In this document: one piece after another, positions 27,805 to 36,198 of the stretch
How the letters are laid out: each line of letters begins with the position of its first letter
Numbering within the stretch: the first letter of the stretch is position 1
IMG/VR virus record: IMGVR_UViG_2882613001_000002
Location: 22,773-86,772 of that record
Direction: 5' to 3' (one strand)
Length of the DNA: 64,000 nt
Origin: a virus
Lineage: Duplodnaviria > Caudoviricetes
Translations under genes and position numbers: made by a program
The notes under the pieces: generated by a model
Databases searched by the model: none
The model's input: only the letters and a program-made list of their open reading frames with translations
What the model was told of the DNA's origin: nothing

Positions 27805-28881
27805 GTGTTTCATGCGAGTGAGGATAGTCTAGACGACCTATTGAGGGCCGTTTTCAAGCAGCTGCTCACAGGGCGCGGGAATTTTGAAGTCGAATCCAGC
27901 AAAGGTAGAAGCACTGAGGTCTTCGGTGCGCTCTTAGAGCTCAAGAACCCGCGCGCGCGACTAAGCAGATCGTTTTCGAAAGCTAAAGCCTTTAGTCCAC
28001 TTGGCGAGTTGTTTTGGTACTTGGCGGGCAGCGATAGCGTCGATTTCATCAAACACTACATCCCCAACTATCCAAAACTGATAAAAGACGAAGTTACTGC
28101 AAATGGGGCCTACGGACCGCGAATATTCGGAAAAGGGGCACTAGAAAAGCGTGACGAAGTTAGCGAGTGGGATCGGGTGATCCGTACTTTGCGTGAGCGA
28201 GAGGGCTCGCGCAACGCAATAATACAGATTTACGCTAACTCCGATGCTAGGCCCGAGAACGGCGACAAGCCTTGTACCTGCACCATTCAATTTGCGGTTA
28301 GGAATGGGCAGTTGTTGATGCACACGCATATGCGGTCCAATGACGCATTCTTCGGCCTCCCGCACGACATTTTCACTTTTACTATGCTTCAGGAGGTTGC
28401 GGCTCGTGAACTTGGGTTTGGGCTGGGTAAGTATACCCATTCTGTGACAAGCCTACACTTGTACCATGACTATGCGGCAACTGAGGGTCGCCCAGCGAAC
28501 ACTTCAACATCTGGCGCCAAAGCGTACTACAGGGAGGGTTTCCATGATTTCTCGCCAATGCCTGAAATGCCATCAGGAGACCCATGGCCGAGCATAGAAA
28601 AGGTAAAAATGGCAGAGCAAGAAATCCGATCTGGCAACATCGAGTACATCGCTCCAACAGACCTTGATCCGTACTGGCGCGACTTCATTGAGCTTTTCAG
28701 AATCCACAAAATATTTGAGGAAATGAAGAAGCGCGGAGATGGCCTTAGAACCGAGAGGCCCGAGCTGCGCAGAGTTGTGAAGGTCATGAAAGAAACTTCA
28801 CCGACCTATCGGATCTACATCCTCGGTAGGCTCGAAAGAAAACAATCCCCCGTTAGGGATCTATTTGAGAATGTAAGTTGA
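27805..28881 (+). CDS. Thymidylate-synthase-fold enzyme, predicted cytosine-nucleotide (hydroxy)methylase
   Basis: ELFWY, YGPRI, catalytic PC (C157), RSND and SLHLY motifs. GLPHD places Asp188 where ThyA has Asn. Confidence 0.85.
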   Translation: MFHASEDSLDDLLRAVFKQLLTGRGNFEVESSKGRSTEVFGALLELKNPRARLSRSFSKAKAFSPLGELFWYLAGSDSVDFIKHYIPNYPKLIKDEVTANGAYGPRIFGKGALEKRDEVSEWDRVIRTLREREGSRNAIIQIYANSDARPENGDKPCTCTIQFAVRNGQLLMHTHMRSNDAFFGLPHDIFTFTMLQEVAARELGFGLGKYTHSVTSLHLYHDYAATEGRPANTSTSGAKAYYREGFHDFSPMPEMPSGDPWPSIEKVKMAEQEIRSGNIEYIAPTDLDPYWRDFIELFRIHKIFEEMKKRGDGLRTERPELRRVVKVMKETSPTYRIYILGRLERKQSPVRDLFENVS

Positions 28882-28891
28882 GAGGTGGGTC

Positions 28892-29830
28892 ATGAACGGT
28901 GTCCACAAAGACAGAATAGACGAGTTCCTCGGAAAGATTGGCCAGATTGACGCGCAATTTGGCCCACTCCCCAGTATTGCAACAGCCCAGCGGAGACGTT
29001 GCTGGGCGCAACAAATCGTGTCCAGCCTACGTCGAATTTCATATACAGACACGTTGTTGATGCGTAGAGTGAATGCGGCGAGGTGTGATCCGCATTCCGG
29101 TATTTTCGACCCGGTACGAGGGGCGCTTCACTTTCAGAGAAGCGGACAACTCGATGAAGCGGTCTGGTTAACTTTCGTCCTCACCCATTTTGGAAAACAC
29201 GCGGTAGATGAATGGAAGCTGGCTGCAAATGTCTATGGTTCGTTTAGCGTGGGACCAGTTTGGACGTTCGCACAGTATACTGCAGACCGTGCAGGGTTCG
29301 AGAACATGTTGGCCGCAAACTCTGGCCGGTTGGCGGACGCCAACATTTCGGGTAGTTTTTCTAACCACCGCAAATTTCAGAGCAAGAAACATCAAGCCAT
29401 AGCGAAGACGTTTCGCACGTACTATGAGTGGCAGACTGAGTTCGGCGGATTTCGTGATCGAATGATCGCGACACATGCAAGTTTCGGTCAGGAACCCGAA
29501 GCGGCTTTCGATGCTCTCTACAAGTCCATGAAGGGGGTTTTTGGCTTCGGTGGAGGACGCCTCGGAAGGTTCGATTTCCTTACGATGCTCGGCAAACTTC
29601 AGCTTGCTCCGATTACACCAGGCAGCGTCTACTTGGATAAGGCAACAGGACCTCTTGCAGGGGCACGGCTTCTGTTTTTCGGTGATCGCGACCATCACAT
29701 TACCGGTAGAGCCTTGGAGCCTCACGTTGATGCCTTGGACGGGGTTCTTGGCGTGGGAAAACAGGTGATCGAAGACAGCCTTTGCAATTGGCAAAAAAGC
29801 CCTGATGTTTACGAGTATTTCCGAGGTTGA
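28892..29830 (+). CDS. aGPT-PPlase clade 3-like protein (HhH glycosylase superfamily)
   Basis: FDPVRGA, EAVWL..THFG, NHRKFQS, GRFDFLTMLGKL, TGPLAGARLLF and EDSLCNWQKSP motifs, recalled as that family's pattern. Lies 10 nt after the TS-like gene. Confidence 0.65.
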   Translation: MNGVHKDRIDEFLGKIGQIDAQFGPLPSIATAQRRRCWAQQIVSSLRRISYTDTLLMRRVNAARCDPHSGIFDPVRGALHFQRSGQLDEAVWLTFVLTHFGKHAVDEWKLAANVYGSFSVGPVWTFAQYTADRAGFENMLAANSGRLADANISGSFSNHRKFQSKKHQAIAKTFRTYYEWQTEFGGFRDRMIATHASFGQEPEAAFDALYKSMKGVFGFGGGRLGRFDFLTMLGKLQLAPITPGSVYLDKATGPLAGARLLFFGDRDHHITGRALEPHVDALDGVLGVGKQVIEDSLCNWQKSPDVYEYFRG

Positions 29831-30936
29831 GAAGGGACCGGCAGTTTAGTGCTCCCTTCCCATTTGTAACGGCGCTTTAGATCATTAAATTGGTGGGGCT
29901 GGAGCGCCCCAGCTTTTTGAAGCTGTCCGACAATAATTCCCGGTGTGACCCCGGCTTTTCGAGCGATTCTCCGTACATGAGGACGGGTCGGCATTGCGTT
30001 TAACATCTCATCTCGCAAGTCAGCCGAAACAAGCGTATCTTGAGCGAAAATGTCAGCTTCGCCTTCGAATACAGACGCTCCTAGCGGTGACGGATCAGCG
30101 CCATCCACCGAAATGTGGTCAGTGCCATGCAGAACCACGTGTGCGGCCTCGTGGAAAAAAGTGAACCAAAAATGGTCTTCACTTAAATAGCGAAAGCTTA
30201 GCAAGATAATCGGGTTGCCGTTTGGGGATGTCCAAGTGGCACCGCTTGCTCTACAACCTTTCGGGGCCTTCGAGCTTACCAGGCCAACACCTTCCTCAGC
30301 GCAAGCTTGCTGCAGTTTTGGAAAGAATAACTCCGGGCGCTTGAGCGCACATAGCTTCTTCAACTCAGTCAGACGTTTCTTGAAATTGCTCGCGGAAAAC
30401 TTCGCCAAGGTCAGGTTTTCAGCTTGCATCTCTCCGATACGCAGCCAGGCCAAAGTCGCCATCTCGTCGGCCTCAAAGGCAAAAGATGTTCGAAATGCAA
30501 CTTGGCCTATCCCAGCGGAGTACCGCTGGTTCCAACCGCTGATGCTATCGCATCCAAAAAAGTTCAGGATGTCCTCGGATAGACGCTCACCGCGAGAGCC
30601 TTTCGGCAGCCAACCGAGTTCTCGGAGGGCTCGAACTGGAAACGACTGCCCCCACCTAGACAACTCTTCGGTTGGCGCAGAACCTGCAAGCCGCGCTCTA
30701 TCTCCCAGAAACTGGTTATAGCGTTCAATCCAGAACTGGCGTGATGCACCAAGCTCCGAAGATAGGGCGTCTGCGATTTCTTCGGAAATCACAACGCGCC
30801 CTTCCATTATTCCAGAAAACAAGTCTTCTTCGAACCCGATGCGTTCGGCCAAATCGTGAATTGATTTTTTTCCAGCCGCAGCCAGCCTTGCGATTGTGTC
30901 GCCCGGTGGGGAAGCCCAGTTTGGTTCAAACATCAA
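29809..30936 (-). CDS. HTH plus ImmA/IrrE metallopeptidase (HigA-like antidote fusion)
   Basis: SPPGDTI..., SRQFWI HigA-type HTH and WFTFFHEAAH (HExxH). Confidence 0.85.
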   Translation of the reverse strand: MMFEPNWASPPGDTIARLAAAGKKSIHDLAERIGFEEDLFSGIMEGRVVISEEIADALSSELGASRQFWIERYNQFLGDRARLAGSAPTEELSRWGQSFPVRALRELGWLPKGSRGERLSEDILNFFGCDSISGWNQRYSAGIGQVAFRTSFAFEADEMATLAWLRIGEMQAENLTLAKFSASNFKKRLTELKKLCALKRPELFFPKLQQACAEEGVGLVSSKAPKGCRASGATWTSPNGNPIILLSFRYLSEDHFWFTFFHEAAHVVLHGTDHISVDGADPSPLGASVFEGEADIFAQDTLVSADLRDEMLNAMPTRPHVRRIARKAGVTPGIIVGQLQKAGALQPHQFNDLKRRYKWEGSTKLPVPSQPRKYS

Positions 30937-31283
30937 GCAAACACCTCCCCTTCAATTACGATAGCTTTCAGGTGGATTCGATGAGCATCTTTCCACGCTT
31001 CGTCTCCAACGCCGGATGCAGCTATCACCGTCTTCAGTGTGCAGCCAGTGGATACGAACCAGTCCAGCTCAAAGGTGCCTTCTACTTTCGTCGCCGAAAG
31101 CGGTCCCATAGGTACGTCACCGGCAAAGAACGCCGCCCTGAAATCCGCCACCAAACCAATGAACGCCTGACCGTCCTCACTTCCGAGGTGACGGTAGGCT
31201 TTCTTGCGTTCTGTTGCCAAGTCCCTCATGAGCTTGCTCGAAAAAGTCGGTTCCAAGGATCCAGCATCCCAAAAGTTGCACAA
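30933..31283 (-). CDS. HigB/RelE-like small protein (start may be TTG 31256)
   Basis: A..LG.....ADFRAA...D...G and W...RI.L..I pattern. Overlaps the start of the HTH-ImmA gene. Confidence 0.55.
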   Translation of the reverse strand: MCNFWDAGSLEPTFSSKLMRDLATERKKAYRHLGSEDGQAFIGLVADFRAAFFAGDVPMGPLSATKVEGTFELDWFVSTGCTLKTVIAASGVGDEAWKDAHRIHLKAIVIEGEVFA

Positions 31284-31820
31284 AATGGAGCCTTGGAAGG
31301 CACGTCGCTTACAATATCTTCCCAGCAGTCATACATGCAGCGGGTGTAGCGGGCGTGGTCGCGAAAGTCACTAGCGAACTGTCGTGCGGATAGGACCCGC
31401 TGGCAACATCTGCCACACTGATCTGTTTGGGAACGATGCGCAGAGTGGCTCAATGCCGATGCTGACCAAGGAAAGGGGCTCGATGCGCGAGCGCCTCCGG
31501 ATGTACCTGATGGACTATCAGCTCTATGCGGGCCTCTTCAGTTGCAGGGCGTGCCGCGCTTCCTTCTCGGCGGCTGTATCCTTCACCCTGTACAAGGCGC
31601 GCGAGGTTTCTGCGCCGTCGCCAATTCTGGGTAATGCTGCGCAGTGTCTATACGACTGCTATAGAGGAGCTGGAGCGCAGCATTATGATCCTCCGCGAAG
31701 GTCAGCTCTGGGCCGGTCGTGTCGTTCAGCCACGATAAGGCTCTGCCGATCAGCGCACCCGCTCCCTGTGTATTCGGAGCGTGTCGTCAAGTTAGGCGGG
31801 GCGTTTCCGCCCCGCTCAAG

Positions 31821-32009
31821 CTACCGGCAAGCGCCGGTCATGGCTGCATCGGTGACAGCAACCCAAGCGCCGAGGGACGTGTCGGGCAGCGGGCGGGGCA
31901 TATGGCTGCGCTCGGCGCCATAGGTCTGGCATCCGGCCCCGCTCGGGATCTCCGGCGCACAGGCGGCAAGCGCCAGAACGATCAGCACCGCACCGCACCT
32001 CATTTCCAA
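31821..32009 (-). CDS. Lipoprotein, probable o-spanin
   Basis: Lipobox LAAC; last gene of the lysis cassette. Confidence 0.6.
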   Translation of the reverse strand: MEMRCGAVLIVLALAACAPEIPSGAGCQTYGAERSHMPRPLPDTSLGAWVAVTDAAMTGACR

Positions 32010-32227
32010 GCCTCATCATTCTGGCGTGCGATCTGTTCGGGCGACTGATCGGAGCGCAGAGCGTCGGCTGCTGCCGCCCTGCCCCGATCCGCCCGGTGAT
32101 CTGCCTCGCGCGCCTGGTCGAGCCGCGCCGAGCGGCGGCCGCCCCGGCGCGCGGCGACCACGGCCGCCATCACCAGGGCCACGCCCGCCACCAGCTTCAG
32201 CCAGATCCGCGACAGCAGCGCGCTCAT
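32000..32227 (-). CDS. Probable i-spanin
   Basis: MSALLSRIWLKLVAGVALVMAAVVAA TM segment plus an Ala/Arg-rich helix; ATGA overlap with the holin. Confidence 0.55.
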   Translation of the reverse strand: MSALLSRIWLKLVAGVALVMAAVVAARRGGRRSARLDQAREADHRADRGRAAAADALRSDQSPEQIARQNDEAWK

Positions 32228-32433
32228 GTCGTGCCGCCCTTCTTCTTCACGATGCGACTGGCGGCAAAGGTGCCACCAAAGACCGACAGCCCCGCCAGCA
32301 CCTCGACCAGCGGTTCGATCTGAATGGTCAGCGTCCCGGCCTCGGGATTGAACGTCGCCCATCCCTGCCCGGCCACGAAGGCCCCGCCGAGGTAAAGCGC
32401 CATGCGAATGAACAGGCCAATGCTTCCAGCCAT
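32224..32433 (-). CDS. Putative holin
   Basis: 69 aa, two TM segments and a basic tail, next to the endolysin. Confidence 0.6.
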   Translation of the reverse strand: MAGSIGLFIRMALYLGGAFVAGQGWATFNPEAGTLTIQIEPLVEVLAGLSVFGGTFAASRIVKKKGGTT

Positions 32434-32463
32434 GTGAGTGTCTCCTTTCTGAAGGTGTTGAGA

Positions 32464-33141
32464 TCAGGCGACGGCGCGCACGCCGAACAGCTGCGCCAGG
32501 AACGCGGCAAGGGGCGAGCGATCCGCCGGGCGGGCTTTGGCCGGGGCGCTTTGCATCGGCGCCGGGATGATCACGGCCGCGCGCGCCAGACGGGTCGCAC
32601 GATCAAGTACGCCGCAGTCATCGGCTTGCGCGCCCGCGTTCTTGCCGATGACCCGCACCGACCAGCCCGCGCCGAAGGTGCGCCAGGTCCGCAGCCCACG
32701 CAGGAAGCGCATGCGCCGGGCACAGAGCGCGGCAATCACCGCCTCGACGTCGGCGCCATTGGCGGCCGCCAGCGTCTGCGCGCCGACAATCCCGTCGACC
32801 GAGACCCCCAGCACCCGCTGCAGCTCCCTGGCCGCGTGCCCCACGCCGGAGTTCACCGCGTAGTCGCCAACGCAGTAATCAAGCCCAGTAGGCAGCAGAT
32901 CCGCCCCCACCTTGTCGAGGTATTGGTGCGCGATGATCGCCTCGGCCTCGGCCTTCGGGATCCCGCGCACCGGGCGCAGACGCTGGCCGTGCATCCGGTT
33001 CCAGGCATCAAAGGTGCCTTGGGTGATGCCGCGATCCGTCGCGCCGCCAGGATCGTCGGGATGATGCACATAGCCCCCCTCCGACAGGCCGATCCAGGAT
33101 TGGATAAGCTGATAGTTCTTCCGCATTTCTGTCTCCTTCAA
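32464..33141 (-). CDS. Glycoside hydrolase family 108 endolysin
   Basis: SEGGYVHHPDDPGGATDRGITQ, DYAVNSG and FGAGW motifs. Confidence 0.9.
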   Translation of the reverse strand: MKETEMRKNYQLIQSWIGLSEGGYVHHPDDPGGATDRGITQGTFDAWNRMHGQRLRPVRGIPKAEAEAIIAHQYLDKVGADLLPTGLDYCVGDYAVNSGVGHAARELQRVLGVSVDGIVGAQTLAAANGADVEAVIAALCARRMRFLRGLRTWRTFGAGWSVRVIGKNAGAQADDCGVLDRATRLARAAVIIPAPMQSAPAKARPADRSPLAAFLAQLFGVRAVA

Positions 33142-33144
33142 AGC

Positions 33145-33171
33145 AAAAGGCCCCGGAGTTTCCGGGGCCTT
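33145..33171 (-). terminator. Intrinsic terminator-like hairpin upstream of the endolysin
   Basis: AAGGCCCCGGA-GTT-TCCGGGGCCTT with a T-run on the minus strand. Confidence 0.65.
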
Positions 33172-33200
33172 GGGTCAGGGTGTTGCGCGGGCGGGGTGTA

Positions 33201-33518
33201 TCAGGGCGGTCGGTCCAGGAGCGTCGCTGCCGCCGCGACCAGACAGCCCGCGATCAGCCAGATCGCCTTGTCGAGCGCGCGAAAGAAGATCCCGCGTCCG
33301 ATGCTGAGACGTTCCAGCAGCACCACTTTCTCCGTGAGGATCGCCTGATCGTGCTCATGCTTGCGGGCCAGCAGGCCCTGGTCCCGGTCATAGCGCTCCA
33401 TCCGCTTGAACAGCGTCACCAGCTGTTCCTGCATCCGGGCCTGCTGGACCACCACGTCAGACAGCTTGTCGAGCGTCTGTTCGATCCGTTCCAGCCTCTG
33501 CTGATCTGACATGCACAT
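33201..33518 (-). CDS. Coiled-coil protein with a C-terminal TM segment
   Basis: MSDQQRLERIEQTLDKL...AIWLIAGCLVAAAATLL. Confidence 0.65.
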   Translation of the reverse strand: MCMSDQQRLERIEQTLDKLSDVVVQQARMQEQLVTLFKRMERYDRDQGLLARKHEHDQAILTEKVVLLERLSIGRGIFFRALDKAIWLIAGCLVAAAATLLDRPP

Positions 33519-33565
33519 GCCCCCAAGTGTCTGCTGAGTGTCTGCCCCCCTGCCCCGAACGGCTG

Positions 33566-33991
33566 TCAGGCAATGCCGGGGCGCATGAGTGTGGCCTGCA
33601 CGGTGAGGCTTGAACCATCCTCCCCGCTGGATTGATACGCGGGCCGCGCGGCGACCTCGGTATAGGCCTGCCAATCGTCAGGTCGGGACTGCACGTCGGC
33701 ATAGACCGCATCTACCGTATCGAGACCCGTGTAGGGCGCGCGGCCGAGGACCCGAACACCTTCAAGTGTTTCCCATGCGGGCACCTCATCTTCCCGCAAG
33801 TGAACGTAGCAGATGAAGGCCTCGCCGCCTGGCTGGTAGACAGCGGGCGTTCGCGCAAGACCGACGACCCGCGGTGTTTCGAACCCGTTTTCGTCGCTGG
33901 GAAGGGCCACGTATTGGGGCATGGAAGAGAGGAGACCCGCGAGGAAGGTGGCTTCGTTTTCGCCGCGCACGAGAGCTGCTGTGAGGGTCAT
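33566..33991 (-). CDS. Hypothetical protein coupled to the fibre gene
   Basis: 141-aa ORF overlapping the stop of 33988..35232. Confidence 0.65.
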   Translation of the reverse strand: MTLTAALVRGENEATFLAGLLSSMPQYVALPSDENGFETPRVVGLARTPAVYQPGGEAFICYVHLREDEVPAWETLEGVRVLGRAPYTGLDTVDAVYADVQSRPDDWQAYTEVAARPAYQSSGEDGSSLTVQATLMRPGIA

Positions 33992-35232
33992 TGGGCAGTC
34001 CTCGCCTTCATGGCTTCAACTGGCACGGAGGCAGGATAAAGACCAAGCCCCAAGACGCTCGTGTTCCGGACAGATAACTGACCGGGGAACGCATCTGCAA
34101 TCCGCAGCGTGGTGGGAGCTGCGTATCCTGACGGGACGTTGGCGTCCCATAGGGTGCCGTTGAGGACGAGCGACAGGTTGCCCGGAGAGAAGCGGCACGC
34201 TATCGAATACTCTGCGGGTAGGCTATAAGGGCTGACAGCAGAAGCGTAGCCCCCACTATAGAACTGACGTGCTTGAGTGCTGGAGCCAGATAGCACCGTA
34301 ATGAGACGGTTGACCTCTTCGGACCCTCCGTCGAGCTCGAACAACCTGTCACCCGAGAGTAATTCACCCCACAAGAGCCCGTCCAGAACGAGCCAAAGCC
34401 CATCGTCCAGGTCAAACTCGGATATGTCTGAGAGCGGGTGGTCACCGGCGCGAGTAACTGCCCCACTGGTCGTGTCGATGTAAGAGGACGCCGCGTTGTT
34501 TTCTTCCAGCTGGGCACCCCACACCGCCACCGAACCGTAGGAAGCTGGAACTCCGATGAACGATCTGTGTGGGTAAACACGCACGTTCTCGCATCCCTCG
34601 GGTACTACAAAGGTGCACGCCACGCGTGCCCACCCGTTAGCCAACGTCTGCGTTACGTATGCGTCAGATACAACGGGATGGACAATGAAGGACGCGTCGG
34701 TGTTGTTGTACACAGCCAGATAGTTGATCGAAGTCCCTTTCTTGACGTAGTAGCTGAACGTAAGGGTCGTCCCAGCTACCACAGACAGGGATTGTTGATA
34801 CAGGATGCCGGTGGAAGACCCGGTTACATTCAGGCTATCCGCCAGTGTAACGCCATCAGGGGAGACAACCGAATTAGGGGTCACGGTCATGCCGTTAGCC
34901 TTTTCCCATATATCGTTGGTGTAGTCCTTAGAGTACAGCACAGTGTTGGTAGCGGTATTCTCGACCAAAAGGCGGCGCTTTCCAGTCCGCCAGTCGAACC
35001 TGGGCTCGTTGATAGGAGCTGTACCTACAGTCAAATCCTCGGCCACGTACCGAGCAGCCCCGGCTCGCGTGAACGAGAGGTTCTTGAACTGCGTGACCGG
35101 CTGTCCGTTACGAGCATATCGTCCATTCTCGAAGTCGGCGTACCACAAGGGGGCCACGCCGTTGATGGCGCCAAACCCGTTTCGCAGCGCGGTCATCCCG
35201 AAGTTATTCGCGGCGAAGAGCATCAGACCCAT
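33988..35232 (-). CDS. Head-spike fibre-like protein (RcGTA Rcc01080-like) with a carbohydrate-binding-type domain
   Basis: FTRAGAA...PRFD...LLVENTATN, GWARV and WGAQLEE motifs; follows a spike-base gene. Confidence 0.65.
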   Translation of the reverse strand: MGLMLFAANNFGMTALRNGFGAINGVAPLWYADFENGRYARNGQPVTQFKNLSFTRAGAARYVAEDLTVGTAPINEPRFDWRTGKRRLLVENTATNTVLYSKDYTNDIWEKANGMTVTPNSVVSPDGVTLADSLNVTGSSTGILYQQSLSVVAGTTLTFSYYVKKGTSINYLAVYNNTDASFIVHPVVSDAYVTQTLANGWARVACTFVVPEGCENVRVYPHRSFIGVPASYGSVAVWGAQLEENNAASSYIDTTSGAVTRAGDHPLSDISEFDLDDGLWLVLDGLLWGELLSGDRLFELDGGSEEVNRLITVLSGSSTQARQFYSGGYASAVSPYSLPAEYSIACRFSPGNLSLVLNGTLWDANVPSGYAAPTTLRIADAFPGQLSVRNTSVLGLGLYPASVPVEAMKARTAQ

Positions 35233-35480
35233 CCCACGACAGTGGCAGTCGTGCCCGTGGCCTCGATGCCGACCGGCGAGAAGTAGATCGTTTCACAGGC
35301 GAGCACGGTCAGTGTGACCACAACGCCATTAATGTCGCGCATCGAGAGATCGCCCCCCGTCAGCACGCGGAGCATGCGAGGCCGGTCCGGGAGATCAACG
35401 CCGTCTGCAGGCACGATCAGGAAGTGCTGTTGCGCCGGGCTTTCGAGACCGCGCGCATAGGTGCGATACTGGTCAGTCAT
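35223..35480 (-). CDS. Head-spike base protein (RcGTA Rcc01079-like)
   Basis: LESPA....PADGVDL...R.L....GD......G..VT......ATGTTA pattern. Confidence 0.7.
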   Translation of the reverse strand: MTDQYRTYARGLESPAQQHFLIVPADGVDLPDRPRMLRVLTGGDLSMRDINGVVVTLTVLACETIYFSPVGIEATGTTATVVGWV

Positions 35481-35580
35481 GGGGGCACCCGCGAGGGGTC
35501 GAGGCCCGCATGCAGAGGGCAAAGGTGTCGGACATGGAGATCTCCTGGTTTGGTCAGTGACGTGGGGGGCGGATCGCGCG

Positions 35581-36198
35581 TCAGGCGGCTTCCAGTGCGG
35601 CGATCCGATCTGTCAGGGCGATGATCGCGGCATTGAGATCGGCCATCGTGGGCCGATCTGTGCGGTACCAGAGGCCGGCACTGCCCTGCCCGCCCCAGCC
35701 GGGGATCCAGATGTGGACCCCGGAGCGCGGGACCAGCACCCCGTTATAACCGGTCGGGGTTGCCTGGTTCTTGGTACCGACCGCAGCGGGTCCGACCTCG
35801 AAGGCCTGGTAGATGAAGGCGCCGACCTCATAGACCAGTCCGCTCGCACCATCGTCCCATTGCTCGACATACCCGGCGACCCGCTGCGCATTTTCGCTGG
35901 CGGCGACGGAGATGTCTCGCGCCGCTTCCGCCGCCACCCGCGCGGCAACGGCGATCCCCTTTGAGGAATCTGCACCCTGCCGGGCAAACTGGGCGGCACC
36001 GCTGGCCTCATTTGTCTGCGTCAGCGTCGCGGACATCTCCCCCAGGGCAGCAGCAATCTCGGTGGCCATCGCTGCCAGCTGCGGCGCGCCGGTGGCGGTG
36101 AACCACTCGAACAGCGCCTGGGCGCGCGGTGAGAAGGTCGCCGGGTCACCCTCGGAGGGTAGCAGTCCCTCAAAGGGGGTAAACTCGGGAACGGGCAT
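35581..36198 (-). CDS. Putative tail protein
   Basis: Follows the tail genes; P...DPATFSPRA N-terminus. Confidence 0.55.
   Translation of the reverse strand: MPVPEFTPFEGLLPSEGDPATFSPRAQALFEWFTATGAPQLAAMATEIAAALGEMSATLTQTNEASGAAQFARQGADSSKGIAVAARVAAEAARDISVAASENAQRVAGYVEQWDDGASGLVYEVGAFIYQAFEVGPAAVGTKNQATPTGYNGVLVPRSGVHIWIPGWGGQGSAGLWYRTDRPTMADLNAAIIALTDRIAALEAA

Noticed and set aside
27805-28881. Housekeeping thyA
   Set aside because: Asp at the Asn177 position, PCT instead of PCH, a C-terminal extension and the cargo context argue against it.
31384-31923. ORFs between the HigB-like gene and the o-spanin
   Set aside because: Several overlapping frames, none with convincing RBS or composition; left unannotated.
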